Assembly (NCBI GenBank): GCA_964252035.1
Contig: OZ176205.1
Origin: Podarcis erhardii
Taxonomy: Eukaryota
Strand: one strand, 5' to 3'
Length of the DNA: 64,000 nucleotides
Part shown: piece by piece, positions 11,982 through 24,600 of the stretch
How the letters are laid out: the number at the start of each line of letters is the position of its first letter
How positions within the stretch are numbered: the stretch's first letter is position 1
The notes under the pieces: model-generated
Seen by the model: only the letters and a program-made list of their open reading frames with translations
Database searches by the model: none
Told to the model about the DNA's origin: nothing
Position numbers and translations under genes: made by a program

Positions 11982-13284
11982 ATCTAAGCAAACGACAATT
12001 TGAGTTTACTCCAGACTGATGTTTGCTCTGATTCAGAGCTAAAGAGTGAGTTTTCCCAGGAAAAGGTGTGGGGCAAGGGCACAGCCGTTTGGAACTGTGC
12101 CTAGATAGTGCAGGGCAAGCAGAAAACATCTCAGACCCATGCTTCCTAGGCATGGGGCAAGTGGGAGCATGGATGAGCCCACCATGCTTCTTTAGCAGTC
12201 AGTCCAGGAATCCTGCTTTGGCAGACAAATAACAAGCAAAAATATTCAGTACTTGGGGAGGTGGGGAGTGAGACATTGTTCTGGGTTTGAGCAAGTTATT
12301 GCTGCTGCTGTTGCTTCCACATTGCATTGCTGTGGTCTAGAGGAGACACAGCAGTCCTCCCTTAGCAACTGGCTCTGTGACACCCTCTCCTTCTTCCTGC
12401 TTTACCACACTGCTTCAGGTCAGAGGGAATCCCCACTGAGAGGAGGAGGGACATTTAAAGGGATTTCCCAGCCTGCCCACTGTTCTCTCAGGAAGAGCGA
12501 TAAAGAGCCATTTAAAGACACACAGAGAGACAGAGGGAGGAAGCCTGGCAAAGTATGCTGTTTCTTCTCTCTGCCTCCTCTCAGATGGTTCTCTGAAAAG
12601 GGGGGCTCTGGTTTTCCTCAGAAGATCAACAAAGAGGCTTTTCAAAAGCAAACAGTAACACAGGGATAGAAAAAAATAAAAATAAAGAATGACTGAAACT
12701 CGGTGTCAGTTTCCCTGAAGAATGTAAATTCCCATGCAGTGAAACAAAACCTTAGCCAAGCCTGGGTGGATTCACTTTCAGGGCTGACTGATTTCAAAAT
12801 GCAGTGATCATGGATTGTGTGCTTTGGAAAACATCAGGCATTTGTCCACAGTTTTGTTGGGGGTGTCCGAGAACAGGGCAAAGATAAAAAATGTGCACTC
12901 AGGAGATGGCCAACTCAGTTTGCTTGGATGTATCAAATGTCATTTCTAGCGCTGGATAGAAAAATCAATTAAAACTCATTTAATTGGTGAAAAAGATAGC
13001 AATTAAATAATAATAATTATTATTTGTAATATATTTATAAAAACTGTGAATGGGAAGCAAACATGTCCATACTCTACAAAGTATGTTTTTGCTTCAGAAA
13101 TATTGCTTTTACCAATATGTAAATATAATTTTTAGCTTAGTCTATTAATTGACATATGAATAACAATTTAAAATGTCTTTAATAAGTTTAAAAGCCTAGA
13201 CATTTCACATATCATAAAATCTATCAAACCTAATTACTCTCTCACATGCATTTCCACAGAAATGTCTTCAAAACCAACAGAGAC

Positions 13285-13400
13285 ACTTGTGGCACCTTAA
13301 AGACTATAAAATCTATTATGACATACATTTCTGCAAACTATAATCAGAAGGCATGAAAAGCTTATCCTTTTGGCATGGTGGAATTATAAACAATGCTGTC
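13285..13400 (-). mobile_element. degenerate Penelope-like fragment
   Basis: gtggcaccttaaagacta...aaatctatt resembles the young Penelope-derived copies at 35159 and 36298. Confidence 0.4.
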
Positions 13401-13758
13401 AGAGGGAAATTAAATGCAGAAGGTGCAGACTAAATATAAAGTCACTCAGGGCACATGAGTGATCTCAACCAGTGGGTCATGGGATTTAATGGATGAGTCC
13501 TGTGGTTTCTGGTTTCAAGGCTTAGAATCAAATTAGCCTTCACCAGTCTAGTGTCTTTCAGTTGTTTCCAAGCTACAACTCCCATGCTGGTTGGGGTTGA
13601 TCAGAGTTGTAGTCCAAAACATCTGGAGGGCACTAGGTGGTGGAGGCTTATTTAAATCAACACTTTTGTTTATATGGTCCTCCCATTCCGTGGGGACTGA
13701 TATTGTCTGAGAAGGTTTGGTTGATGGTTCTGCCACTGTTTGAGCTATGAGCCTTCTC

Positions 13759-14591
13759 TTTCTTTCTTTCTTTTTAAAAATGTTTTTAATATAAATTTTA
13801 TTAACATATAGAACACATACATATACATTTACACAATACACATACACAACACACTATCTTATTTTCATAACATAAAACATACCTACATTACTCTATATAA
13901 TACCTACCTGTACTGTACATATCAACATACCTACACACCTACCCCACACAGACACCCAACAAGTGACTTGACTTCCAGCCGTTCTTGTTACACTACTTTA
14001 TTTTTCCAACTAGCTTAAACACATTTCATTATTTCATAGAATCATAGAATCATAGAATCATAGAGTTGGAAGAGACCACAAGGGCCATCGAGTCCAACCC
14101 CCTGCCAAGCAGGAAACACCATCAGAGCACTCCTGACATATGGTTGTCAAGCCTCTGCTTAAAGACCTCCAAAGAAGGAGACTCCACCACATTCCTTGGC
14201 AGCAAATTCCACTGGAACAGCTCTTACTGTCAGGAAGTTCTTCCTAATGTTTAGGTGGAATCTTCTTTCTTGTAGTTTGGAACCATTGCTCCTTGTCCTC
14301 TTCTTTGGAGCAGCAGAAAACAACTTTTCTCCCTCCTCTATGTGACATCCTTTTATGTATTTGAACATGGCTATTTCTTTAATCTCTTCTTCTATCTTGA
14401 CTTTACTCTCCTTTCACTCTAATCATTTTTTGGATTCACACAATATGTGTCAGAAATTCTACTTTTTCCACAAAATTTTTGATGTATTCCTTAAAGATAG
14501 CCCACTCCTTATTCACTTTTTGTACCATATCTCCTCTTATCCTCCCTGTTAGTTCAGCAATATGGAAGTAGTCCATCATTTTAGATAACCA
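13759..14591 (-). mobile_element. L1-like LINE 3' fragment hosting a CR1 insertion
   Basis: 16-bp TSD AGCTATGAGCCTTCTC at 13743-13758 and 14592-14607, an A/GAAA-rich tail, and minus translation WLSKMMDYFHIAELTGRIR...EWAIFKEY resembling squamate L1 ORF2 ends. Confidence 0.8.
14036..14371 (-). mobile_element. CR1 LINE 3' fragment
   Basis: Near-identical to 573-906, with an (ATTCTATG)n tail and TSD TATTTC at 14030-14035 and 14372-14377. Confidence 0.92.
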
Positions 14592-14822
14592 AGCTATGAG
14601 CCTTCTCAGTGTTGGCTCTCTAACTTTGGAACTCCCGTAAAATGCTCACATCCCCAAGTTCAATGTCAATGTTTCAAATGACAGTGAAGACTATTCTGTT
14701 TGGAAAATGAGCCTTTTACTTTCCTGAGCTGGTGCTGAAATTTTAATATTTATTATTGTGTTACCATAAAGTTCTGGGATTGTGGCCAACCGGCAGATTC
14801 AATCTGCTACAATTCTCCCTCA

Positions 14823-14968
14823 AAGAACATAGAATTGTAGAGTTGGAAGGGACCATGGGGATCATCTAGTCCAACCCCCTGCAATGCAGGAATCTTTCAC
14901 CCAACATGAGACTTGAACCCACAACCCTGAGATTGACAGTCTCATGCTTTACCAACTGAGCTATCCCT
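14823..14968 (-). mobile_element. tRNA-Lys-derived SINE with CR1-type 3' tail
   Basis: The minus strand reads ggatagctcagttggtaaagcatgagactgtcaatctcagggttgtgggttcaag, like tRNA-Lys(CTT), then gcattgcagggggttggactagatga...ccttccaactctacaattctatg. Confidence 0.82.
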
Positions 14969-17900
14969 CAGCTCAGTAGCTACTTGGCACCATATTATTC
15001 AGCCAAAAAGCTGAATTCCTGTAGACTTGGGGTTGTATCCAATGTTAGTTTACTCAGAGTAGACCCAGTAAAATGAATGGACTTCATTAATTTCAATAAG
15101 TCTACTATGAGCCTAACTTAACTGGATACAACTCTTCCCCGAGAGATGGCTTACCCATCTGCTGACCCTGAGTGTTGTGTTCTCATCTCCCACTGCAGTT
15201 ATGTTAAAAGGAGTCACCCTCCAGTTGCTGCTGCCATCTAAGCCAGAGGCTGCTTCTTTCCTGCTGGTGACAAAATTATTGTAATTTTTGAAAAATAAAA
15301 AAAGATTGTTGTTGCTTTATTACATACTTTTGTCATTATGACATTGTTTTGAGTGGTTTCATATGCAGTTTTTTTGTGGTCATGTTTTTGTTGTTTGAGT
15401 GCATACTAAAAGTGGCATAAAGTGAGTAGTGATTATGACCTGTTTGGTTTTATGATTCTGTTGCATCATCTGCTTATTGCCCTTTGGTGTTGAAGCGTGT
15501 ATTGGCATTTATTGTATTTTTTTTTATGACTTTCCTTCCATAGGGTTCTTTGGAAGCTCTGCTGAGAAGTGGAGCAACAGAGGTCAAACATCCACACCAT
15601 ACATTTAATGCACATTGAAAGCACATGACTTCCCCCAAAGAACCCTGGGAACTGTAGTTTGTTAATGGGGCTTGGGAGTAGTAGCTCTGTGAGTGGCAAA
15701 CCACAGTACCCATGATACTTTGGGGAAAGTCATGTGCTTTAAGTATATGGTGTAGAAGTTAAGTCTCAGTATTTATGTTATTAATTTTAAGTATGGTAGC
15801 ACTGAATTGATATTTGACCCAACTCAAAAAGCTGAATACACACCATGGATTTAAAGTGCATCACTTCCCCCAAAGAATCATGGGAGTTGTAGTTTGTTAA
15901 GGGTGCGAGGAATTGTAGCTCTGTAAGGTTTCCAGGATTCTTTGGGGAAATTATGTGTGGTGTGCACACAGCCTAGGAATCTTAAAAGATATATATAAAT
16001 ATATAAAAGATGCCCTTTATATACTGAAAGCCCCTGGCAACCCCAGCTAAAGGGATCAGGTTATGGGACAAATCTTTGAGAGATGCTGTCAGTCAAAGTA
16101 GACAATATCAGGTAAGCTGACCTTGTATAAGGTCCTTTGTTCCTCCAGCCTCCATGCAGGTACAGCCCCACCTGTTAGGTGTGGTGGCACATGCTACTGT
16201 TTGCACCATCATCTAAAGCAGATCTTCAGGGTGAGGCAGTTAAATATTGTTGTCCCATTGAAATCAATAGGTGCCATTCCGGTGACTCAGTGCAGGGTGA
16301 AGACTGTAGTCAGGTGTGCACAAATACATCATTATCTAAACAGGCTGGGAAGCAATCCTGAAATAGAAATAGCAGGAGTGCAGGAAGTATATTGGCACCT
16401 ATTTTTATTTATAAAGTCACACCTGCATGTATGAAACAAGTTTATGTTCTTTTTGGCCTGAACTCTGTAGGAGAGACAGCTTGAAGCCTGATAAATTGTA
16501 CCTTTAAATTAAAAATGGTGAATACATTGTAACAAAAGTAACTGGTTGTAAACTGATGTGTTACTTTCTGAACCTACTATTTTCCCCCACTCCCAAGTGT
16601 TCTCAAGATAAACAGTGTCTGTTTTGGTTAGTGTCTATGTTTTGTTTCATAGACATCGTATTTATTTCAATAATTATAATACTATGTTGCAGTCCTATTC
16701 TCACTTGACTGGAACTAAGCACCATTACGCACAGTGGGGCTTACTTCTGAGTAAACATGCATGGTTTTTGCCCTACATTCATAGTTAATCCCTTCTTCTT
16801 GAACCTTGCCCCAATGAGAAAAGTTTGCATTTTTGAAGCCATTCTCTGGAATATGAATAAACTACAATACTGTCCCGTATTGTCACATTGCTTGGTCTCA
16901 TTACACAAAAAACTGTCCCTGAAGGATGAAGTGCCTAAACTGCTGTCCTGTTGAAGTTAATAGAACTTACTTCTGAATAGACATGCATAGAATTGCACTG
17001 CTTAGGAAGCCACAAGCTCCTGTTCTCTGAAGGTTTTTTTTTAAAAAAAATCATTTGACAAGTACTCTATCTGGCAAACATATGCCTTGAGACAGTATAC
17101 AGCACAAAACAAAACAAAACAAAAAACAGAGACCAACTATTTTGTGAACATTTCTGACAAATTATAATAGTTTCAGAAAATGACACAGTTGCTTACAACC
17201 AGCTACACTAATTACAAACAATCTAGCCATCTTTTTTAAAACAACAACACTACTACTTTTTGCTAGACTTCTCTAAATATCAGCTGTATCCAATTCTGGC
17301 TCTTTACAGAACTGTATGCACTCCATGTTCCTACAGAGACCAGAGTCTGCCTCCCAGTGCCCTATTTTCAAGGGGTCTTTCCGCTGGTTTGTGGCTTATC
17401 CAAAGTGGTGATGGAAGGGGACACAACTTGGCCAACCATGGCCCAGATGAGATAAGCAGGCACTCATACTTCCCCTTGCTTCTACCAGTTTATAGTGCAA
17501 TCCTAACTTACTCCCAGGTTACATTTAATGTCAATTGAGTAGTTATATTTAAAAAGCCTTGTTGGACGGTGGGTTATATTGTCACACTGCAAGTCAACTA
17601 GGGGACAAGTAGTTGAGACCTGTGTGCTATGCTAATCCCTGCACTCATCCACATGGCAGCACACCCCAAAACTGTCCTTTCACAAATCCCCCTTTTCTTG
17701 CTCCCATGTGTCAGGTTTTAAGACCATGTGCTGTTTTTTACCCTATAAAGGTAAAAAGGGTTGTCGTCCTGTGCACTTCTGCTGTCTGAGGCAGCCACCT
17801 CAGGCTGCCTAATGGCAGAGCCGGCTCTAGGTCTATGGGCCTGGTTTGGAGGTTCCAACAGGTGTAAAACCCTGTATGGCTTTAAAAGGGTTTAGACCAA

Positions 17901-19059
17901 TTTATGGTGACAGTGACCTGACGAGTAAGTTCTACCTCCACTGTTGAGCGAAAGTATGCCTCTGAGAATAAAAGTTGTTGGGAATCACAACTGGGGAGAA
18001 TTCTGCTGTGCTCTGGTCCTGCTGGCCCACAGCTTGGCCACTGTGAGGACTGGAGGAGCCCTAGTCTTGCTCCAACCGGGCTCTTCAGATGTGCAGCATT
18101 GTGCCCCTTTTGCCAGGCAGGATCAGATCTACTATGAAACCAACAAAGCTTAAGCTTCAGGACCTCTAATCCCATAGGGGCCCCATAAGCAACTCTAGTC
18201 CACATTGTTTAAAAACACTGGGTTTAGTGGACCCAATTTGAGTCGCATGGCTCAAATTGATTTGTTGTTGTATGTATGTATTTCAACCACCTCAAGGTTT
18301 GAGTGTCAGCAGCACAGAGGTTGTAAAGGTGTGATCTGTCACGGAACAGCCCCATTGAAGAAGATAGCAGTGGTTACCCAGAGACCTCCTTGCTGGTCAG
18401 GGGTGCCAACTTGAATAAAATATTTGGGGGGCAGGTAAGCCCCACCCCACATAATTGATCACATGACATGGAGCACGCACACTATTTGAATGGCTATGAA
18501 TGCCCAGAGACCTCCTTGCTGGTCAGGGGTGCCAACTTGAATAAAATATGGGGGGGGCAAAGACCCCTGGACCCCTATGTTGCTGGTCGTGAAGGGGTCT
18601 CCCAAATGTGGGTCCCTCCATTGCAAATTTCTGCTCTGCTGAGCTGAGGGCCACCAATCTTGCTTTCTTTTAATAAAAGGAGGATTTAAAGACTATTTAG
18701 CTAAATATGCTAAGATAACCTAAATAGAACTACTTGCAAGAACCAGATTGGCCTAGGGTTTAAATATGTGATGGTATAGAATAATATATCTAAAGTTAAC
18801 ATGAAAAGGAAGATGTTAATTGACTAAGTAAAATTTATGTGAAAATAGTTTTGGAAAACTGTTACAATGATATACATTGAAACTCAGCTAGGGGGAGTCG
18901 AGGAAGTCACCCAACAATGTAAACACAAGTGGTGGAATTAATACACTTAAGATTTATGTTTGTTTGTTTGTTTGTCTGCTTATGGAAAATCAATTAAAAA
19001 AAAAAGGAAAATGAAAATAAAAGGAGGAAACGTGGAAACAGCTGCTGAATTTGAGGGGG

Positions 19060-19720
19060 AGGGAAAAGGGGCGCAGAAAAATAAGACGCCGAGGGAGAGA
19101 TCAAGAAGCAACGTCCCTTCTCGCCGGCTGAGCAAAGCAACGTAGCCCAACTCGACTTTAGCCAGCACGGCGCATGCGCACGCCCCGGCCCCGACTCCGG
19201 TGACGTCAGCCCTCCCCTCCAGGCCCCGCCCTCCCTCTCCCCCCGCCCTCCTCGCGGCCACTCCAGATTACAGTGTTGCCAATCGGCGCTGTTTGCTGCG
19301 CCCGCCCGCGCCGCGCTCCCCACTCCGCCCGCCCCCCGCGCTCCTTCCCACTTCCCAGCATTGCGAGCCCGCTGAAGTCCACTCCCTCCCCAGCCTTACG
19401 TCGGTTCGGCAGCCCCCCCCCCCACGCGCCGTCCCTCCTCCTCCTCCTCCCTCGCACAGGACGGAGCCGCCGTCGGGGCCTCGGCAGCTGGGCAGCAGGA
19501 CGCGCCTCCTCCTCCTCCTCCTCCCGCCTCGCTCGGGACCCGGAGCCGGCGAAGCCGCGACGGCAGGAGGTAAGTCCCGCCCGGCGGCGACCCTTCGGGG
19601 GCTCGAACTCAGCCTCCCCCCCTCCCACGTCGGAGGTGCTGCCCATGGCTGGTCCCACTCCAGTACGTGCCACCTGGGGGGCTCGCACCCCCTTAACCCC
19701 CCCAAATTTCCTTCCCTCTC
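19060..19720 (+). promoter_or_regulatory. CpG-island promoter of ZHX3
   Basis: Sharp rise in GC and CpG content. NRF1-type GCGCATGCGC at 19170-19179, full CRE TGACGTCA at 19201-19208, GC boxes at about 19224 and 19323, and CCAAT at 19279-19283. Confidence 0.88.
19300..19569 (+). other. ZHX3: ZHX3 non-coding exon 1 (start approximate)
   Basis: Consensus donor GAG|GTAAGT at 19569/19570 inside the CpG island, with no ATG in 19280-19569. It is the only CpG island upstream of the CDS. The TSS cannot be determined. Confidence 0.7.
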
Positions 19721-20711
19721 TCCATCAGTGGCCCCCACACGCCCCCTACTCCTCGCAGACCCTCCCCGTCCATCATGCCCTCTTCTGTCCCCTGGGACAA
19801 GCATAGGACCCCTCCAAAGTCCTCCCCCCACCACCACCTTACACCCCCTCGGTTCCCACTCATGCCCTGTCCCCCTGACCCTTTGCTTCCCCAGGACCCC
19901 CAACCTGGGCTCCCAGGCTGTCATTGCTTCCCCCACCCCTTTCCGGGAACTCCCACCCTGCGCTTGTGGACACATCAACACATCCCAGGATCCGTGTCCC
20001 TTTGTCTTCCCAGAACCACGGCTTCTCTCCCCCCAACCCCCCCCCCCCCGTCCTCAGGATTCTCACTCCCCACCCACCCTATCACTCCATGCTTCGAGCC
20101 TGCTGTCGTTGATCTTTGGCTCTCCTGACTCTCTTATTTACGCAACCCATACCTACACGTTCTTGTCATCCACACACACACACACACCCCCTGGCCCCTG
20201 GACTTTTTAGTAACTTGTCCAATCCATCCTTCAGTTTCCCACTCCTCCATCTCAGCCGGGAAGCCGCCTCTCAACTCCATTCCTTAAATAGCTTTGCTTT
20301 TGACAGCCTGGCCCTTGCCTTAAAGAGAATGGCAAGAATTAGAGACAGAGACTTGCTACCTTTGCTAAACTTTTCTAGGTTTCTGACTTCTATGCCCCTT
20401 TAGAAAGTTTTTTAAAAATATTCTCCATTGGTTTGTTTACTTTTCTTTCCAATCACTGCAAGGGCTACATTTATGGTGACTCTGGTTTCTTCCAGTGCAA
20501 TCAATTTTAACTACAACTACTTAGAAGTAAGTCCTATTGAGTTCAATGGGGCTTACTTCCAGGTGAGTGAGGTTAGGGTTGATCATTGTTTCTCAGTCCC
20601 ACCAGGATGTTCACTCCTACCCTCAAGTCTTGCTGGATAGCTCATTTTCTTTTGATTACCTGTACCTGGCTACGGGCTACCCAGCCATAATAACACTGAC
20701 TAGCCTTACAG

Positions 20712-20840
20712 CAGGGGTGGGGGACCTAGGATGTTTTTAGATTGCAACTCCCATGAACCCCAGCTGGCATGGCCACTTATCAGGAATTGTGGGAATTGTA
20801 GTTGAACAACATTTAGAGGGCCACAGATTCGCCATACCTG
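20712..20840. mobile_element. hairpin hAT MITE
   Basis: Termini caggggtgg / ccatacctg, internal inverted arms, and a degenerate 8-bp TSD ccttacag / ctttacgg. Confidence 0.65.
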
Positions 20841-21590
20841 CTTTACGGGATTTTAAAGGATTTCGTCTAGATAATGCTTATGAAGCACTTTGAACACTTC
20901 CATGAGACACCTGAAAGCACTATACAAATGTTGTTATTGATAATATTTCCTCCCCTTGTTGGGTTCTGTCACTGATCCTAGATCCCATTGCCTTCATATT
21001 TCCCCACTGACTTCTTTACTTCTCGCACTGTGTTATTTTGCTAGGAAGGAAAGGAAAGCCTTGAGAATTTTTTTTACCTGATCTCTGAGATTGCCATCCC
21101 TAGCTATGTTACTCTCCCCCTGTGTGTGTGTGTGTATGTGTGTGTGTGGCAGGGGAGACTGCGACAGAATGTTGTAGCACCTTGAAGACTACAAATTTAA
21201 TGTGGCCTACGCTTTTGTGGCCTGGAATCTACTTAGATGCCTGGAGTATTTGTTCCCATTTGACAAGGGTGTGTGCATTTATCAGTGTTTATATAGCCAC
21301 ATGCACAAACAAGCATAGGGGGGAAATATAAACTGAGGTCAAATGACAATGAAATGCTAAAAAGTACAGGTCTGTGATGATTTTTAAAATATATAAATAT
21401 ACAGTGGACATTGTATATTTCCTGGTTTTATTGTACTGATTTTTATGAAGATTATTGTAAACTGCTTTTGAATTCCTAATGAAGGGTAATCTACTTTTTA
21501 AAATATATATATATATGTTTATATGTTTGTGTAAACACATACACACACATGTATGCATACACATATAAAATAATCAAGCATCATCTTTAT

Positions 21591-21655
21591 TTGATGAAGT
21601 GGACTCTATTCTATGAAAGTGATTCCACAATAAATCTGTAAGTGTTTCAGGTGTC
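21591..21655 (+). mobile_element. degenerate Penelope-like fragment with decayed hammerhead core
   Basis: tgatgaagtggactctattctatgaaag...aataaatctgtaagtgtttcaggtgtc. Confidence 0.45.
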
Positions 21656-24600
21656 AAAATATTTTATTCGCTGTTTATACCAACAGGCATCTCTTAAGGT
21701 CAAAAAGCTGTTTATCCTGGAAGTTGCAATAGTAAGAAGGTGTTTTGAAAGTAGGAAAACATTATGCAGAAAAATATTTTTGCAATTTAAAGATTCACTG
21801 TGTTGACTCTTCTTAAAAACAACTACTCTATTTAGAAGTTGCCTGCATTACGTACAGTTAAAATATATTGTGTAAATTACCTTGTAAGACATCAGTTTAG
21901 TACCAAGTTTCTGGTTTTCATAGAATGTGGATGCCTTTCCCCTTCCACCCCAACACTACACACCCTCTCCCATATATTTGAGGACTAGAAATGTGGATTT
22001 AAAACATGGAAGCTAAGATTTCCTCAGTGTGTCAGAATTTGGTATTTGTTTATTGAGGTGCAGCCTGGAGGTGATACTCATGGTCAGTGGGCCGCAGTTG
22101 AGAGCAGTTGGTATGTGTGCCACAACCGCATCGAGTTGCATTGTGCATTGCACTTTTGCTTGGCCCTGATGTTGTGTTCATGCCAGCTTCTGGCAAACAG
22201 TGTATTTACCTGTGTCATTTCTCATTTATAATCCTGCGGCTCTATAACGAGCTGCCGCCAGCGCAGTCTGTTTTTGCAACGTGCTGCTAACTTCAAACCG
22301 GACACAGCATGGCAACTGCATTTGGTATATTAAAATAAACCACTGGCATTTTCTCTGGAGCCTTTTCTCCCTTTTTGAAAACAACACCACGTTAAATACT
22401 TAGCTTGACACTGATGCATAAACATAACAGGTTTGTGTTCTTTCAATTGGCTGTAGCAGCTGCCTAAAAAAGTTCATGACACACTTGGTCTTTGCTGCTT
22501 AGAAATTCAAGGAAAATGATTTTTTTAATGGTGTGGTCCGAGCTAGCCAAGAATTTTTAAATTTTTGTTCATTTAAAGCTTCTTTCCCCAATTCCTTATC
22601 TTTAGCCAAAAAATAAAGACTCCCAGAATGGCTTGCAAATCTCTACCACCCCAAATTAAATAATAATAATAATAATAATAATTAATTGTAATGACACAAA
22701 AAAGAAAAAATGACTGGGAGGGAGGAGGAAATAAGCGAATAAGCAAACTCAGGTTCAAGTTATTGGCTACAAGTTATCCTGATGACCAGCTGGAATGGAA
22801 AAGTTCAAGTAGAGGAGACACTAAAAGTTCCTGGGCTCTGAGTGATGCCAGTCAAAACTTAGCATAGCCACTCTTCCTTCTCTGTGTGCTATGGTTTTAG
22901 CACAAAATAACATTTTTTTTGAAGTGTAATTTTGTACAGAGTGAGTTCAGTTGCCTGTGGAAAATTTACGGACCAGTGGCAGTGTGCTTAAGCCTTTCCT
23001 CTTGAAGCGTGCTTCCACTCAAAATCTGCCCCAGCTTCTTTTTTCCCTTTGTGGAAGTGTATGGGAACTGGTATGGGAAGTGTATGGTTCACTTCAGGGG
23101 TAAAAGCAGGTGGGAGCAATTTTTAGGGAGAGAGGGAACAATGGGCAGGGACAGACTTAAACTCCCACAGGCCCTTCCACTGCTCCCAATTGTTGCTGCT
23201 TTTTCTTTTCTTTTTTTAAGGCAGAGAAAATTTATGCACAATTGCATATAATGAGTAGACTGGTTGCATCCGTCTGGATTCCTCATCTGTATATTAGGAA
23301 TAATAGTTACTTGTCTTTTTTTGAATTACTGTGATGACAAGTAAGATATATATATATATATATATTTACAAAACACATTACAGGTTTTGTATAAATAACA
23401 GGGAACAGCAGTGATAAAAACCAACAGAAGCAACTGCTGTGAAATGATTTGAAGATGATCACTTGAAGAATTTGCAGCAATGATTGGAAGCAACACACAT
23501 ATCTTCCCATCCTAACATAAGACCTAGGTTTTTCTGCTTCTCCTGACACCAGGAACCAAAACTCATATGTCACTCATAGGAGTAGTGTTGTAATCAGGCC
23601 TTCTGCAAGACTTGCGTTGGCAGGCAAGACCTCTCTGGACTCAGGGACCTCTTATTTGCATTTAGCTAGCTGCAGAGGATCTTGGGAACTGGAAATGTTT
23701 GAGTGGGATGCCAATCCCAGATGGAAAGAGCGTGTGCTGGGGGGGTCTTGCGTCACTTTCACTTGGATAGTTAACATTTCTGGGAAATGACTGGTCTGGA
23801 ATTATTATGTTTAAAAAAAAAATCCAGCAGGAGAGTTTTTAAAAAGAAAGGAAGAAATTCTGAAATCTAATGCTTTATGTACTCCCATAACATTTATCCT
23901 TCCCCCATCAAATCTTTATTTTTTAACCTTTTCTCAATCCCACCCATCAAGAGTTCTAATCCCAGGTGTTGGGAACAAACACAGTGTAACCATTTATTAT
24001 TTTGGGCAATATTTTCCCCCATCTGCAATTTTAATTTAGATTTTAGTTTACTCCATGTTCTTTCCATGTAAGCACTTGTATTCTGTTAGTCCCAAACTTG
24101 GGATCATTGTGTCCTAAGAAACTTTGCTGGCTAATTCTCCATGGATAGGGAAGAGCCAAAAGTTTTCTCATGAACTGGAACTACTTATGGCGAATGAATT
24201 TGACCCCCCCCCCCCGTAAGAGCATGAAGGATTACAAAAGAGCAACAAAATCAAGTGGAGCAGAGAACCTGTGAGGAAGAGAAGGAAATGAACTGAAAGG
24301 AGAATTGTGTTTATAGCAGCAGAGAGGCCTTGCTTAATTGTTGTTATGTTAATTAAGTTGGCTGAGTGCTGAAGTGTTGCAATTCTAGTCCAGATCCGAT
24401 GACGATAATTTTTAAAAATTCATATTCCCTGTTCCCTGACCATCAATTTTACAGTGCAATTGTATGCATGCTTACTCAGGAAAAAAACCCACTATAGCCA
24501 ATGGAGCTTGTGCACAGCATGACTGCAGCATGAATGTGCAAAGTGCTTTAGGAAAATTTCTTTCGTAGCTAAATGTATGAACATTCCCATTGATACGTTT

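Noticed and set aside
14899-14968. tRNA-Lys gene
   Set aside because: Anticodon loop and stems are mutated and it is fused to a CR1-type tail, so it is a SINE head.
15515-15590. Strong + strand acceptor (ttttatgactttccttccatag) as an exon
   Set aside because: No convincing donor follows, it runs into a MITE, and it lies upstream of the only promoter.
1-19000. Coding exons of a neighbouring gene such as LPIN3 or EMILIN3
   Set aside because: No translation in the ORF track or by eye resembles lipin or EMILIN domains.
19200-20403. 336-aa ORF and many overlapping ORFs in the CpG island
   Set aside because: Low-complexity Pro/Arg/Gly translations are expected from stop-poor GC-rich DNA. The ORF runs through the exon 1 donor and shows no domain.
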